A stretch of DNA of 64,000 nucleotides from Perkinsela sp. CCAP 1560/9 (GCA_965644495.1 CBFFSA010000016.1:124001-188000), one strand, 5' to 3'. Shown: positions 23,000 to 34,334, counted from the first letter of the stretch. Notes: a model not told the origin generated them from the letters alone. Numbers and translations: made by a program.

Positions 23000-23725
23000 A
23001 TGGCAGAAACATTCTGCGTGGGATATGGGCAGAAAGAAAAGCACGCTCACTTCTCGCGCTGTCGAAGCCACGTAACTCTGGAATCGCAGGTGGAATCTTC
23101 GATGGAGGAAACCGTGCAATTTACAATAAAGCAGGTTGCTTCCTACGTGCGAAGTCTCACCGGGGACAAATTTGTTGAGCAAAGCAAATGCGCCAGATTG
23201 CTGGACTCGAAGGCCGATAAAGAAAAATGGGTTTACGCGTCCTCTTGTTCAAGAAAAGAAGACATTACCTCCGTCTTGAGATACAGAAGTGGTAAGCTCC
23301 GAGCAGAAAGCACGTTTCCACACCTTAACATACGGCAATGTCGAGTCTGGAATGTCAATGAAACTGGACTCCTCGTTTCGCACGGAATGAAGTACTGCTA
23401 TTGCAAGAAAGGCACTGTTTCTCCGGAAGCCACGTCGAACATAAAATCTGAACACGGGTTTGTGCAAGTGGTTAAGCCACAAGTTGCACGAAACAATGAT
23501 TATTCATTTCATAGAGCGCATGGAAGAGAGCACCCTAGATACTTGGGCGGATTGGTTACTGAATCGTCATCAGCAGCTTCAAGGAGGATTAAAAACTTGT
23601 TTAAGACACTTTGCGAGATTCCTATCGATGAAACCATCCTACTTGAGACATTATTTTTGATGGCAAAGGCCCGTGACACGGGACACATGTTCTACAAAGA
23701 TACCATGAAAAATACAAAAATGTAG
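23000..23725 (+). CDS. Unknown 241-aa ORF on the strand opposite the gene cluster
   Basis: ATG-initiated ORF, no family recognised; followed 7 nt after its stop by a 16-nt SL-like fragment. Confidence 0.35.
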   Translation: MAETFCVGYGQKEKHAHFSRCRSHVTLESQVESSMEETVQFTIKQVASYVRSLTGDKFVEQSKCARLLDSKADKEKWVYASSCSRKEDITSVLRYRSGKLRAESTFPHLNIRQCRVWNVNETGLLVSHGMKYCYCKKGTVSPEATSNIKSEHGFVQVVKPQVARNNDYSFHRAHGREHPRYLGGLVTESSSAASRRIKNLFKTLCEIPIDETILLETLFLMAKARDTGHMFYKDTMKNTKM

Positions 23726-23732
23726 CATACTA

Positions 23733-23748
23733 TTTCTGTACCTTGTTG
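23733..23748 (+). other. 3' fragment of SL-like exon
   Basis: TTTCTGTACCTTGTTG identical to the last 16 nt of the 37-nt SL-like motif elsewhere in the window. Confidence 0.5.
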
Positions 23749-24114
23749 GGTCTTAACCTTACAGCTCGTCCTTTGTTTTTTACCTTGTAACTATTTGCCT
23801 TAGAAAAAGAACTCATAAGCGCACCAAAATTGGGAGAACTCATAAGCAGGGGGGCATAGTAATTTCACCGGTGGTCTAATTCGTTCAATGATTTGTGTGT
23901 ACATAGGAGGTGCCAATATGAGGCAAGTTAACATTATAGAAAGAACATCCCCAACGTAACAGCAAGTTTAGCAAGTTTGTTAAGGTTGGGGAAGGTACCA
24001 TTAATTAAAAATTTATCTAGCAAGTGCTTCACACAGTATACTGTAAGTCTCATGGATGTAGATCATGTACGCATATCACCTCTAAGCTTTGTACGACTAA
24101 TCAAGAGTCACAAC

Positions 24115-24873
24115 TCAGGACTTTCCTTCCAGCTTTTGCAAAATCTTACGCGCAGAAAAGAATTGTGGTGACGTAGATACAGGTATATTTTGGTTTCCTT
24201 TTTCTTCATGCTGTGTAAAAGAGGTATTTGGTTCAGAATCTTTCTTCAGCTCCGCGCCTTGTTCTATCTTTCTCTCATTTAGCCTCCGGAATTTTGTTTT
24301 TGGTACTTCTGCAGCAGTTCCAATAACGCGACACTTCGATTTCGTTATTGCAGTAGAATCCTGCGGAGCCCACTTTGGTTGTTGTAGCCCGGCGAATTGA
24401 TTAAAACATTTCGTGTGTAGGTGTATATTTGACATTCTGCAAATTTCATCCACATATGACGCACTTTTCGCATCAGTGGGTAGTATTCGGGGTTTACCTA
24501 TACAAATCAGACTCCCTAGCTCCCCTTGATCCCATCGGGTGCAACGATTTGCTTTGCTGCCGCTCTGTGCGCGAGAAACTCGGTGAAGGAGTTGGTCCCA
24601 AACTTTCTGCATTGTACTTATTTCGCTTACCAAATGATTGAAGTAGCCTCTTTGTTTTTCCAGTTTCCACTTTTTCTCCTCAAGCAAAATATCTAAATCA
24701 TGAATTTCCTTTTTTCCCGCATCGATTTGCAAGACATAGTCATGTACCTTGCAAGTCGTTTCCTTGAGTTGGGAGCTATGTTGCTGTAGGCTCTTCACTG
24801 TTGCCATCGTATCTTGCTCGCACTGTTGACTTTGAGCTTGTACTTCGCATAACAAGGAAAAGGTTTGATCCAT
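24115..24873 (-). CDS. Hypothetical coiled-coil protein
   Basis: ATG ORF (MDQTF) with a heptad-rich N-terminal half. Confidence 0.55.
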   Translation of the reverse strand: MDQTFSLLCEVQAQSQQCEQDTMATVKSLQQHSSQLKETTCKVHDYVLQIDAGKKEIHDLDILLEEKKWKLEKQRGYFNHLVSEISTMQKVWDQLLHRVSRAQSGSKANRCTRWDQGELGSLICIGKPRILPTDAKSASYVDEICRMSNIHLHTKCFNQFAGLQQPKWAPQDSTAITKSKCRVIGTAAEVPKTKFRRLNERKIEQGAELKKDSEPNTSFTQHEEKGNQNIPVSTSPQFFSARKILQKLEGKS

Positions 24874-25416
24874 TTTTGTATGAAAAATAAAGATAAAAAA
24901 GACAGAAATTCCCTTTTTCACTTTATAACCCACTAAAAGTAAATAAAAAAAATCATAGCTAATTCAGTACTACCGAGTAAAATGTATTGACAACGTCGGC
25001 CAGATCTAAATAGTTTTTAACATAGTTCAATGGCAAATATTTCTAAATGTGGTTCCTTTCATTGGTCGACCTTCCATGCCTAAAGAATTATTCAACCCTT
25101 CATAAAAAAAAGGTGCGGTAAATGTAAATTCAATAAACAAGACGTATTGACATATCGAATAAATTAGCACGGGTCTAGATACAATTAGCCATCAATTTGT
25201 GTTTTAAATCCCAAGCCAACAAATCTCCAATAAAAATCAGGAACTGTAGCCTGTTTATCGTTTTTCTTAATAAACCAATATGTACACACATAGTTTCCAA
25301 TCCATTTATTTTTTGTTTTATGAACAATGACACATAATCTTCTTCAAACCGTATTCCTTTGCAAACAATTACCAACCTGGGTTCACTTTTGCATTCACCC
25401 TATTTCCCCCCTCCAC

Positions 25417-25896
25417 TTAGCCATCCATTTCCTCCACCGTCATCGTGTACATCGGCGGGGTGAGATGAAAGAACGGTCTAAGAAATTTCCCATCCGCGGC
25501 CCATACCTCAGCGCCGTATACCTTCTTGGACCACTCCTTGCCGTACGTACTGTCGAGGTGCTCCGGCAGACGGTTAAATATCGGCAAATAGAGCACAATG
25601 TAGTTCAAATCCACAAACAGCACGACGACGAGAAACCACATGAAATTCATCATGATCCACACGAGTTTGGAGGTTCCGTAGTTCCACCGAACGAGGCCTA
25701 ACTCGTACACCCGGCGGTCATCCCACTGGACAGCCTCATAGGGGGCTTTGTGTAACCAGGTGAAAGGCAAGTCGTTGTAGCACGCGTACATGCGCTCGTA
25801 GGAGTCCATGTCCGCCGCCAGCAGAGGTTTGGACCGTTTCATGAGTAAATTGATGCTCGAGGGGTGAAAGGACACCGAGGGTCGGGTGCGCCGCAT
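25417..25896 (-). CDS. COXVIII: Kinetoplastid-type cytochrome c oxidase subunit VIII
   Basis: MRRT targeting peptide, PLLAADMDS.ER, one TM segment, and C-terminal VWAADGKFLRPFFHLTPPMYTMT as recalled for trypanosomatid COX VIII (not searched). Confidence 0.68.
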   Translation of the reverse strand: MRRTRPSVSFHPSSINLLMKRSKPLLAADMDSYERMYACYNDLPFTWLHKAPYEAVQWDDRRVYELGLVRWNYGTSKLVWIMMNFMWFLVVVLFVDLNYIVLYLPIFNRLPEHLDSTYGKEWSKKVYGAEVWAADGKFLRPFFHLTPPMYTMTVEEMDG

Positions 25897-26237
25897 GGGA
25901 GAGGAGCTTTACGTCCGGTGATGCAATAAAGGGAGCTGTCTTGTAGCAGAAAAAAGGAGTATAATTCTGAAGCAAACTAAAAATACGAATTCAACCTTTG
26001 TTTATGCAGTTCTTAATCCAAAAATTGATGAAACCAAAAGCCATCTTAAAACAACAACCAGAGTATTACAAATAGACTACAACTAACACGGGAAGGTTTT
26101 TATTTACACGCCATATGCAAATCATTTATACGAACTAGAGAAGGCTGTATCTCACCTCTTACGTACTACTACACAACCTTGCTCACTCAGATACACTACC
26201 TAGGTACGTTACCTACCCAAGCTTATCCACCTTTGGA

Positions 26238-28829
26238 CTAAACATCAAACAAGAGCAGACGCTTCCACTCCTCACTTTCCCGACACCCGCTCCCCGACGT
26301 ATCCTCCCCAAGTGAGGAATCCGTCGACGCGTCCGAAGTCTCCTGCGTGAGTCTGGCAACTTGCCTCGAGTACTCACCCCGTAACGTACTGTACCACTGC
26401 AGTATTTGCGCTCGAGAGATCGCATCCCCCGCGGCCATATCCCGCATCACAAAATGAGCACAACTGCACAGCAACTGCACATCATCCCCCACCCGCAGTG
26501 CCTCCACCATCCCCGCCTCATTCTCCCTCCGCGCCTCCTCCTCCTTCTTCTCCCTCGCATAGACCCAGGACTGCACACGATGAACCATCGCCGCCACATT
26601 CCCCGGCACCACCCCCCCCCTCCCCCTCAACACCTCCACCACCCCCCTCCCCGATCCCACCCCCCCACTCTCCGCCCCCCTCACCACCTCCACCACACGG
26701 CACCCCAGCGGCAACCCCTTCCACCTCTTCATCCTCACCCCCTCTTCCTCTTCCCCCTCCTCCCCCTCCCCTCCCCTCACCCACCGCTGCACGGCCCTGT
26801 ACCCCCTCTCCTGGCCCCCTGCGCTACTCTCCCGCACCGCCCTGCCGAGATGGGCCCCGCACCCCGCCCTCTCCCCCACCACCCACGCCACCGCCGCGAC
26901 CATCCCGTGGAGGCCCGCGCGGTGGGGGCCGTCCCCCCGGAGCCGCCCGCGGGGGTAGGCCGCGAGGAGGCGGGCGAGGGCGGAGAGGGCCGCGACGGCG
27001 GGGCAGAGCCGCAGCCGGGCGACGTCGCGGAGGAGGGCGTGGGCGGAGAGGACGAACTTGGCGGCGAGGAGGAGGGCGAGGTGGGCGGCGTGGGTGGGGG
27101 TGAGGGGGCGGCGGTGGGTGGCGTGGAGGGCGGCGTAGAGGCGGAGACGGGCGTGGAGGGCGGAGAGGTGGGCGGGGAGGTCGTGGGGGAGGGGGGGGTC
27201 TGGTTGAGAGGAGGAGAGCTCATGGGAGGGTTGTTGTGGTTGGGGTTGAGAGGAGGAGGAGAGCTCATGGGAGGGTTGTTGGGGTTGGGGTTGAGAGGAG
27301 GAGGAGAGCTCATGGGAGGGTTGTTGGGGTGGTTGAGAGGAGGAGAGCTCATGGGAGGGTTGTTGGGGTGGTTGAGAGGAGGAGGAGAGCTCATGGGAGA
27401 GTTGTTGTGGTGGTTGTTTAGAGGAGGAGGAGAGCTCGTGGGAGGGTTGTTGTGGTGGTTGTTTAGAGGAGGAGGAGAGCTCGTGGGAGGGTTGTTGGGG
27501 TTGGGGTTGAGAGGAGGAGGAGAGCTCGTGGGAGGGTTGTTGTGGTGGTTGTTTAGAGGAGGAGGAGAGCTCGTGGGAGGGTTGTTGGGGTGGTTGAGAG
27601 GAGGAGGAGAGCTCGTGGGAGGGTTGTTGTGGTGGTTGAGAGGAGGAGGAGAGCTCGTGGGAGGGTTGTTGGGGTGGTTGAGAGGAGGAGGAGAGCTCGT
27701 GGGAGGGTTGTTGGGGTTGGGGTTGAGAGGAGGAGGAGAGCTCATGGGAGGGTTGTTGTGGTGGTTGAGAGGAGGAGGAGAGCTCATAGGAGAGTTGTTG
27801 TGGTTGGGGTTGTTGTGGTTGTTGAGAGGAGGAAAAGGAAGAGGAGGAGGAGGAGAAAAATTGATAAAGGTGGTCCCGGAAAGGAGTGGATGCGGCAGCA
27901 GTGGTGGGATGGGATCCCCAGGCGTGTCGTAGCCACAGACGAAGGCAAAGGAGGATGGAGGTGGTGGTGAAATTTTGGGGTGGGGGGTGGGGTGGGGGGG
28001 TGTTTTGGAGGAGCATGCGATGTAAAGATGAGGTTTGAAACGGGTCTATGGGCCAGACATGGAGTGGGGGGGTTGCGCTCGGAACGGTAGGGTCGTCGGT
28101 GGAGGGGAGAATGGAAATCCAATGGGTTAACAGGTGTACAAGTCGTTGTGAACTTTCTTCACGTGGCGAGACATGAGGCTGTGGCTCTACCTCCCTACCA
28201 TCCACTCTGCTTTCGGATTGATCAGGAGAAAGGTTCATGTTTTTAAGCACTTCGAAAAAACTGACAGATTGAACAGGCCGCTTGGACCCTGTGATAGGCT
28301 CACTACCTGCAGCATGCCTCGAATGATCGCTACGGTCGGTTTGCGTAAGCATTTTCTCTAAATAAAGTCGCTGAGGAGCAACACGGTAATAGGTTTCTGA
28401 ACTAGAGCACGCGACGCAGCGCTCTCTTCGTTCGTTCATTTGCGACAACGCACGGGAAAAGTGCTCATGTGCGGACTTAAGATTTCCTCTTCTCTCTGCA
28501 ACGTGTCCTGAGAGCTCATCAAGTTGTGTAAGCAATACACAATCGGATCTCTGCTGTCGTAACGTTTCGAGAGGGCGTAGGATTCGCCTCACATCTTCAT
28601 AGTTCGTTGTGTAGCGCAACAGAATAAATCCAATACGCACTCGTGTCTCGAACTCCGCATGCCGCGAGCAGTGGTATTCTATGTCTCCCTGTTGTGAATT
28701 TGTCACACGGATGGTTTGTATTTGGCTGAGTACGCCGTGTAACACACGTACCCCCTCCAGGATGTAACCAGATGACACCAAAACGTCGCATACGGCCCAG
28801 TGGGCGTATAATACTTCTTGGGTGAGCAT
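26238..28829 (-). CDS. Helical-repeat protein, possibly MAU2/Scc4 cohesin-loader-like, with an internal S/Q/P tandem repeat
   Basis: EGVRVLHGVL...EFETRVRIGFILLRYTTNYEDVRRIL resembles the MAU2 N-terminus; first ATG 28829. Confidence 0.5.
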   Translation of the reverse strand: MLTQEVLYAHWAVCDVLVSSGYILEGVRVLHGVLSQIQTIRVTNSQQGDIEYHCSRHAEFETRVRIGFILLRYTTNYEDVRRILRPLETLRQQRSDCVLLTQLDELSGHVAERRGNLKSAHEHFSRALSQMNERRERCVACSSSETYYRVAPQRLYLEKMLTQTDRSDHSRHAAGSEPITGSKRPVQSVSFFEVLKNMNLSPDQSESRVDGREVEPQPHVSPREESSQRLVHLLTHWISILPSTDDPTVPSATPPLHVWPIDPFQTSSLHRMLLQNTPPPHPPPQNFTTTSILLCLRLWLRHAWGSHPTTAAASTPFRDHLYQFFSSSSSSFSSSQQPQQPQPQQLSYELSSSSQPPQQPSHELSSSSQPQPQQPSHELSSSSQPPQQPSHELSSSSQPPQQPSHELSSSSQPPQQPSHELSSSSKQPPQQPSHELSSSSQPQPQQPSHELSSSSKQPPQQPSHELSSSSKQPPQQLSHELSSSSQPPQQPSHELSSSQPPQQPSHELSSSSQPQPQQPSHELSSSSQPQPQQPSHELSSSQPDPPLPHDLPAHLSALHARLRLYAALHATHRRPLTPTHAAHLALLLAAKFVLSAHALLRDVARLRLCPAVAALSALARLLAAYPRGRLRGDGPHRAGLHGMVAAVAWVVGERAGCGAHLGRAVRESSAGGQERGYRAVQRWVRGGEGEEGEEEEGVRMKRWKGLPLGCRVVEVVRGAESGGVGSGRGVVEVLRGRGGVVPGNVAAMVHRVQSWVYAREKKEEEARRENEAGMVEALRVGDDVQLLCSCAHFVMRDMAAGDAISRAQILQWYSTLRGEYSRQVARLTQETSDASTDSSLGEDTSGSGCRESEEWKRLLLFDV
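27201..27830. repeat. Coding minisatellite, about 14 units of 39-45 bp (QPPQQPSHELSSSS)
   Basis: Repeated GAGAGGAGGAGGAGAGCTCRTGGGAGGGTTGTTG; unit length varies only in multiples of 3. Confidence 0.95.
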
Positions 28830-29131
28830 TCGGATAGGGGCACTAAGCACCGTAACCACGATCAGCAAAAACCACACCAGTTCATCGATCACAAAGGAGT
28901 CAGCGTTTCATTGTGGTAAGAAATAAAACAAGGTTACGTGGTTAGCTGATAAGCGTGGGTAGAGATTATTGTACAATGTCCAATCTAATTTATTGGGGCA
29001 AAAGCAATTTTTCGTTTCGCCACTATGAATATTCCGATAAACGAATAGAAAAATTCGCTTGATATCTACAAACTGTGAAGCAAGATTTCTTATTTCATTT
29101 ATAATTTAAGTTCTTTATTTGTGAAGATCCA

Positions 29132-30544
29132 TCATGTTTGCGCAGAATAATTTGCCTTTATGTCGGAAAGTAGTCGGGTGATGTCCCACTTGTTGCGGAA
29201 CCCAAAGCTAATGGTGGGGTGTGAACTGTGCTGATCATAACTACCACATAAAAGTTTCTTACAGATCTCATTCGTGGGATAAATGCTATGTTGAAAAACA
29301 CTAGGATCGATGCGCCCTGGCACATCTGCAAGAACTACTAATAAGAAATGTGTACATTTTTGGGAGGCAACTCCCGTATCTAAAAACTCAACGTGATGCA
29401 AGGATAGTATATTTTCAACTTCTAGGCGCAAGGAGACGTACTGGTCGCTCTCTGATGCGTTCGGTGATTCCTGCGACCATCGCCAACAATGAGACTCGAA
29501 CCGCAATTTGGTCACATGCGTGGTCCTAAATAAGCCTATGTGGACAAGTACAGGATTTCTCGTCATGATCTCATCAAAAACGCTCGTATTAAAGTTACAT
29601 GGAGACAAGGAGGTCAATATTTGAAAGTCCTGATCTTTTTTCTCTGTTTTATTCACAGAATTCTCGGTAGCAAAAATATTTTTCAGCGATGGAAGGGGTT
29701 TGAAGCTTGTATGAAAGGGAGATAGCGGGTCAGGTATGTCATCAACGTCGTTATCACATACACGTGATGTGGGACCTGCACCTTCCACGCAATACCCGAC
29801 TTTTCTACGCCCTAAAATGTTCGTCGGCCTGAATTCTAGATCACGGGGCCAAAAATCATTCTCCACACAAGTAGGTTGCATGTTATCAAAAATATTACGC
29901 AGCAGCTCCCCCCTGGGGTAAGATTCTATTCCTTGAAAGTCGTGACCAGACTTTGCTCTATTCGTGGTCGGATGGCTTGATAAGCCCACCGTTTCGAGTC
30001 GCGAAAATTGTGGAGTGAACGGGAGAAGCATAGACTCGCGAAGGCCTTCCGACCCGTCAGGCGACATTGCAGACTTCGAACGACTGCTTCTCTTGCCTAC
30101 AGGAGGCTCGGAGTTTTCTACAGCTATTCTATTCTTTCCGAACTCCGAAGCCGGATCCAACGACTCAAAGCGCCATACCTTGAGGAGTGGGTGACCGTAC
30201 TGCTGCATTGTCATTCGTTCACCGGGGCGTATGGACTGCCCCCCTCCGAAAACAATCTCATCGCGATCCACCAGTTGCACATCCTCAATACGTGCCCCAT
30301 TGACGAAGGTACCATTAGAACTATTTAAATCTTTCAAACGCACCTGACGCTCAGCAATGTTGAGATAGATCACCGCATGCCGTCTACTACAGCACGGCAA
30401 TGGTCCCGATTCAATAATAACATCACAGTCATTGCGTCCAATGGTACGTGATAACTCAGATTCCTTCTTCGGATCAAATTTAATCTCAATGCACTCAGAT
30501 GAAGTGTCCGAAGAGCTTCGAATGCAAGTCAGTTGGAATTTCAT
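29132..30544 (-). CDS. FHA-domain protein
   Basis: TIGRND...CSRRHAVI...LKDLNSSNGTFVNG...LVDRDEIVFG. Confidence 0.88.
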   Translation of the reverse strand: MKFQLTCIRSSSDTSSECIEIKFDPKKESELSRTIGRNDCDVIIESGPLPCCSRRHAVIYLNIAERQVRLKDLNSSNGTFVNGARIEDVQLVDRDEIVFGGGQSIRPGERMTMQQYGHPLLKVWRFESLDPASEFGKNRIAVENSEPPVGKRSSRSKSAMSPDGSEGLRESMLLPFTPQFSRLETVGLSSHPTTNRAKSGHDFQGIESYPRGELLRNIFDNMQPTCVENDFWPRDLEFRPTNILGRRKVGYCVEGAGPTSRVCDNDVDDIPDPLSPFHTSFKPLPSLKNIFATENSVNKTEKKDQDFQILTSLSPCNFNTSVFDEIMTRNPVLVHIGLFRTTHVTKLRFESHCWRWSQESPNASESDQYVSLRLEVENILSLHHVEFLDTGVASQKCTHFLLVVLADVPGRIDPSVFQHSIYPTNEICKKLLCGSYDQHSSHPTISFGFRNKWDITRLLSDIKANYSAQT

Positions 30545-30783
30545 AAGTACACAAAAAATAGTTAAGATAGATACACAAACACAACGGATTAAACTCGGCT
30601 AAAAATCATTAAATCTATATAGCCCACCGAAGGGTCTCTTACCCCCACCAGATACCACAAAACAACCGCAAAAACCCCAATACAATAACTCTCACACAAA
30701 CAAAATAGAGAAAACGGCTAAAAGTAGAATACACAAAAGGGGGCAACTTATGGCATACCCCTCCCTACACCACATAACCAACA

Positions 30784-31568
30784 CTACGGATCTGTAGTTT
30801 GCCTCCTCCGTGCCTCCCACCATTTCACCAGTTCCTCCGTCTGTTTTGTCCGTAACATACACAGCGCCTCGCTACCCAGTTTCCGTGTCTCCGGGGCGGA
30901 GAACATCATGTACTCCTCCAACGTAGGCGTGGACGGCCGACTACTTTTCTTCTGCCGCGCCCGCGTCTTTAACGTCTCCGCGTGGTCCTGCAAATCCGAC
31001 GGCATCTGCCCCTTCGCGTTCGCGGCCCATTTCGCACGGAGCCTCTCTGTTTGGTCGCCATACAAATTGGACTCGGATTTCACCAGCGCATCGATTTGCT
31101 TCGCCTCACGCTCCCACGAGGCGGAGTACCGTGTGACGTAGTGCTCCCACTCCCGGGGGGAGAGGGTGCGGTCCCAGCGGGGGGGGGCACCCTCTCCGTG
31201 CGCGTCTCCCCCGCGAACAGCCAGGGGTTCCACCCCCCCTGGACACTCCTGCGCTCGTAGTGCACAGTGTCCTGTTTGAAATATCGGATCTCGTCGTTTG
31301 CGGTGTGGAGTAACTGGAAGATCACCGACATGATGGCCTGGGCGGATTTCTTTGCAATGTCCACACAGCAGTGACTCCCGTCGCTGTAGACCCCCGTGAT
31401 GGCTTTCGTTGGACAAACGCGCGGACGTAAATCAATTTCAACTTGAGGAAATCGTCGTTTAAAGGCAGGGATTTCTCTCCCCAAGGCGTGACGAATACCA
31501 CTGGAGTTATCGATTAACCCGTACGGGATGATAAGGCGTTTTAAACAGAGCGTCCCGTTACGACTCAT
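30784..31568 (-). CDS. MRPL43: Mitochondrial ribosomal protein mL43 (kinetoplastid extended form), split by a frameshift in the G9 run at 31179-31187
   Basis: MSRNGTLCLKRLII...SSGIRH...IPAFKRRFPQVEIDLRPR...ITGVYSDG...SVQGGWNPWL; coding continues in another frame as PRWDRTLSPREW. Confidence 0.72.
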
Positions 31569-31659
31569 ATGAAATCTAGAGATGTAGGGTGTGCTAATCC
31601 TTTAATGATTTGCAGGTGAGTGCCTCACTAAAAATAAATTTGTCCAAGTTTATTGCTAA

Positions 31660-32443
31660 ATTGCGGTGGTTGTATAACTACCGCTCTACCCTCGATTAAT
31701 GAAAAAAGTGAACAAAAACAGTTAAAATATAAAGAGCAGCACAGCAATAAATACACAGCAATAAATTTAGTGGCTTCGCTAAACGCGGTGGTTGTTTTCA
31801 ACTTAGAAGTCACTCATGCTGCGCGCTACGCGTTGAAAACTACTACCGCGTTTAACGAAGAGCCTAAAAAAGAAAAATCGCCAAAAGATCATGAATAATC
31901 TATTTTTTTAGGTGAAAAAGCGCGATTTTTCGGCAAAAATTGCGATATTTCAACCCAAATTTGGACCGTTTTTGATGCCTTACCAGTAGGGGTAGGAAGC
32001 GAATTTGCCGAAAAAAACGTTGTAGAATGGTAGCTGAGGTCCAAAACTCGTAAAATACGTTTTAGTAGTCGATTTTGGAAAAATATTATTTTTACGTTTT
32101 TTTGGTCACCCCAAAAATTTCGGAAATTTTGACCTTGTCGGACCCTTCCTGCGCGTACCAGGGGGGGAGGGGGAAATTATCGCCGCGGCCCACTCTACCA
32201 CTTCCCTGCGCTCGATTTTGAAACGCAAAAAAATCGAAAAAAAAATCGAGACGTATGTCCCCCCCCTGGACCCCCCACATGGACACCCCTTTTTTTTTCA
32301 TTTTTTCATTTTTGGACCACCGGAGCCCCCTTTTATATTTTTTTTCTATTATATTACTGTGTTTCTCTTTATATTTTAACTGTTTTTGTTCACCTTTTTT
32401 TCAATAATCGAGGGTAGAGCGGTAGTTATACAACCACCGCAAT
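31660..32443. mobile_element. TIR element of a locally abundant repeat family (other partial copies at about 32775-33385, 34392-34670, 37201-37973, 42883-43214)
   Basis: ~90-bp inverted termini ATTGCGGTGGTTGTATAACTACCGCTCTACCCTCGATTA...; shared internal blocks. Confidence 0.8.
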
Positions 32444-32450
32444 GTTTATA

Positions 32451-32774
32451 CTGTACCCCCCCCCCTTTATAATAGCCTCGCTTTTGCCCAAATGAACCTA
32501 TAAAGGGGGGGGCGATGGACGATTAAAAATTAGCACAGAAACCGTCCTACATTTGGGAGCGAGGAACCAGAAATTATTCATTCGCTCAGTGGGCCCCGGC
32601 GATCTGCCAAATTAAAATGTCCAGCACCACCCCGTGCCATACCTCGAAGAACCATGTAAAAATATCAAAATATTTAAGACCGTGCAAGAAAATAAGAAAG
32701 AATCTTCCTCGGTTTGCCAAAAAAAGAACCTATAAAGGGGGGGGGGTCGAGGCTATTAGAAACAGGGGGTACAG
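32451..32774. mobile_element. MITE (TA target)
   Basis: TA|CTGTACCCCC...AATAGCCTCG ... CGAGGCTATT...GGGGGTACAG|TA. Confidence 0.75.
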
Positions 32775-33578
32775 TAATACAAGAAAAAAATATAAAAGGG
32801 GGGCCCAGTGGTCCAAAACTAAAAAAAAGGGGGGTCCAGCGGGGGGTCCAGGGGGGGATCCAGGAGGGAGGGCATACGCCGCGATTCTTTTTTTATATTT
32901 TTTGCTTTTCAAAATCGAGCGCGGGGAAGTGGTAGAGTATGCCTCCGCGATTATTTTCCACCCCGCCCCACCTGGGGGTGACTCCCCCCTGGTACGCGCA
33001 GGAGAGGTCCGACAAGGTCAAAATTTCCGAAATTTTTGGGATGAAAAAAAAATTGGTCAAAAAAAAAAATTATTTTTCCAAAATCGACTCCTAAAACGTA
33101 TTTTGAGAGCTTGGGACGTCATCTACCATTCTACGACGTTTTTTTCGACAGATTCGCCTCCTACCCCTACTGGTAACGCATCAAAAGCGGCCCAAATTTT
33201 GGAGAAAATTTCTTAATTTTCGCCTAAAAATCGAGCTCTTTCACCCCCAAAAAAAAAATTATTCACGATCTTTAGGCAATTTTTCTTTTTGTGGGTTCTT
33301 TAAACGCGGAGGTAGTTTTCAACTCGCAGCATGAGTGGCTTCTAAATTGAAAACAACCACTACGTTTAACGAAGCCACTGAAAAAGAAATTACAAATGTA
33401 AATATACATTTTTATGTCCCTGATAACTTGCGCGCACCTCTTGAGCTCCACACTTGTACTTCTTTTGTCCCATCTCAATGGGATGCCCCTCATATCGTCC
33501 CTTAAATACCCGTCCCGTAATTAAAGCGTCCCGTAATAAAACCAGACACTGTAATTATGATTTTGAGTATCACCGCAA

Positions 33579-34334
33579 CTATTCGTGACGTTCCTCCTCT
33601 TCGAAGGCACGAAATAAAGCTATTACTACCGAACAAATAGCAATATAGGCTACGCATCGAAGCCAGATATGGCTTTTGGATCTACGTATTTTTTGTCTAC
33701 GTTTCTTATCCGACTGATCGTGGCGCGGTTTCTCTATAGAGAGCGTCTTTGTACTAGTAATACTATGATGCGGAAGCCAAGAACGACCGAGCGCAATCTT
33801 TGGACTTTTATGTACCGATATTCGACGGAATTGGCTCCCCTTTTGTGAAGGTATTTCTCTAGTAATTCTCGTTTCCTGGCAGCAAATCGTACTTCCATTA
33901 TATGCACATTGGGCATCAATCTCATCCATAAGTTCTTCTGAAACGTCGGTATCTACAGTTTCCACGTTTACTATTCTTTTGTTCATTCGGGCAAGTTTCA
34001 GCAGGGCCTTTCCTGTCGAATCCCCTATCGGACTGTTATTTAAAGTTATCGAATTTATTCTAGGGTGATGCTTAAGTTGCTCACACAACCTTATAAATGA
34101 AGAATCACCTGCAACACTTCCCGACAGTATAATATTCCTAACACTAAAGTTAGATTCCATGGCGTCGGCCAGCGCATCAACTTCATCAGGACCAGAAATC
34201 GGAGAATCATCGTCCGAAATCAGAGCTACTGTATCGATACGCGATTCTAACACGTCCTCAAGCAGTATCGAGAATGATTTACCAGGTCTATACTTCGAAT
34301 ACGGACTTGTTTGTTCTGTGTTGTAATTCAGCAT
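33579..34334 (-). CDS. RNI-like leucine-rich-repeat protein with a C-terminal membrane anchor
   Basis: ALADAMESNFSVRNIILSG, LKHHPRINSITLNNSPIGD; terminal IWLRCVAYIAICSVVIALF. Confidence 0.7.
   Translation of the reverse strand: MLNYNTEQTSPYSKYRPGKSFSILLEDVLESRIDTVALISDDDSPISGPDEVDALADAMESNFSVRNIILSGSVAGDSSFIRLCEQLKHHPRINSITLNNSPIGDSTGKALLKLARMNKRIVNVETVDTDVSEELMDEIDAQCAYNGSTICCQETRITREIPSQKGSQFRRISVHKSPKIALGRSWLPHHSITSTKTLSIEKPRHDQSDKKRRQKIRRSKSHIWLRCVAYIAICSVVIALFRAFEEEERHE

Noticed and set aside
26406-27932. 508-aa plus-strand ORF and other long ORFs over the minisatellite and GC-rich tracts
   Set aside because: Shadow frames of low-complexity, stop-poor sequence antisense to or overlapping the real gene
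32617-33216. 199-aa ORF and similar ORFs at 34428-34791 and 37716-38045
   Set aside because: Read across non-coding TIR repeats and homopolymer runs
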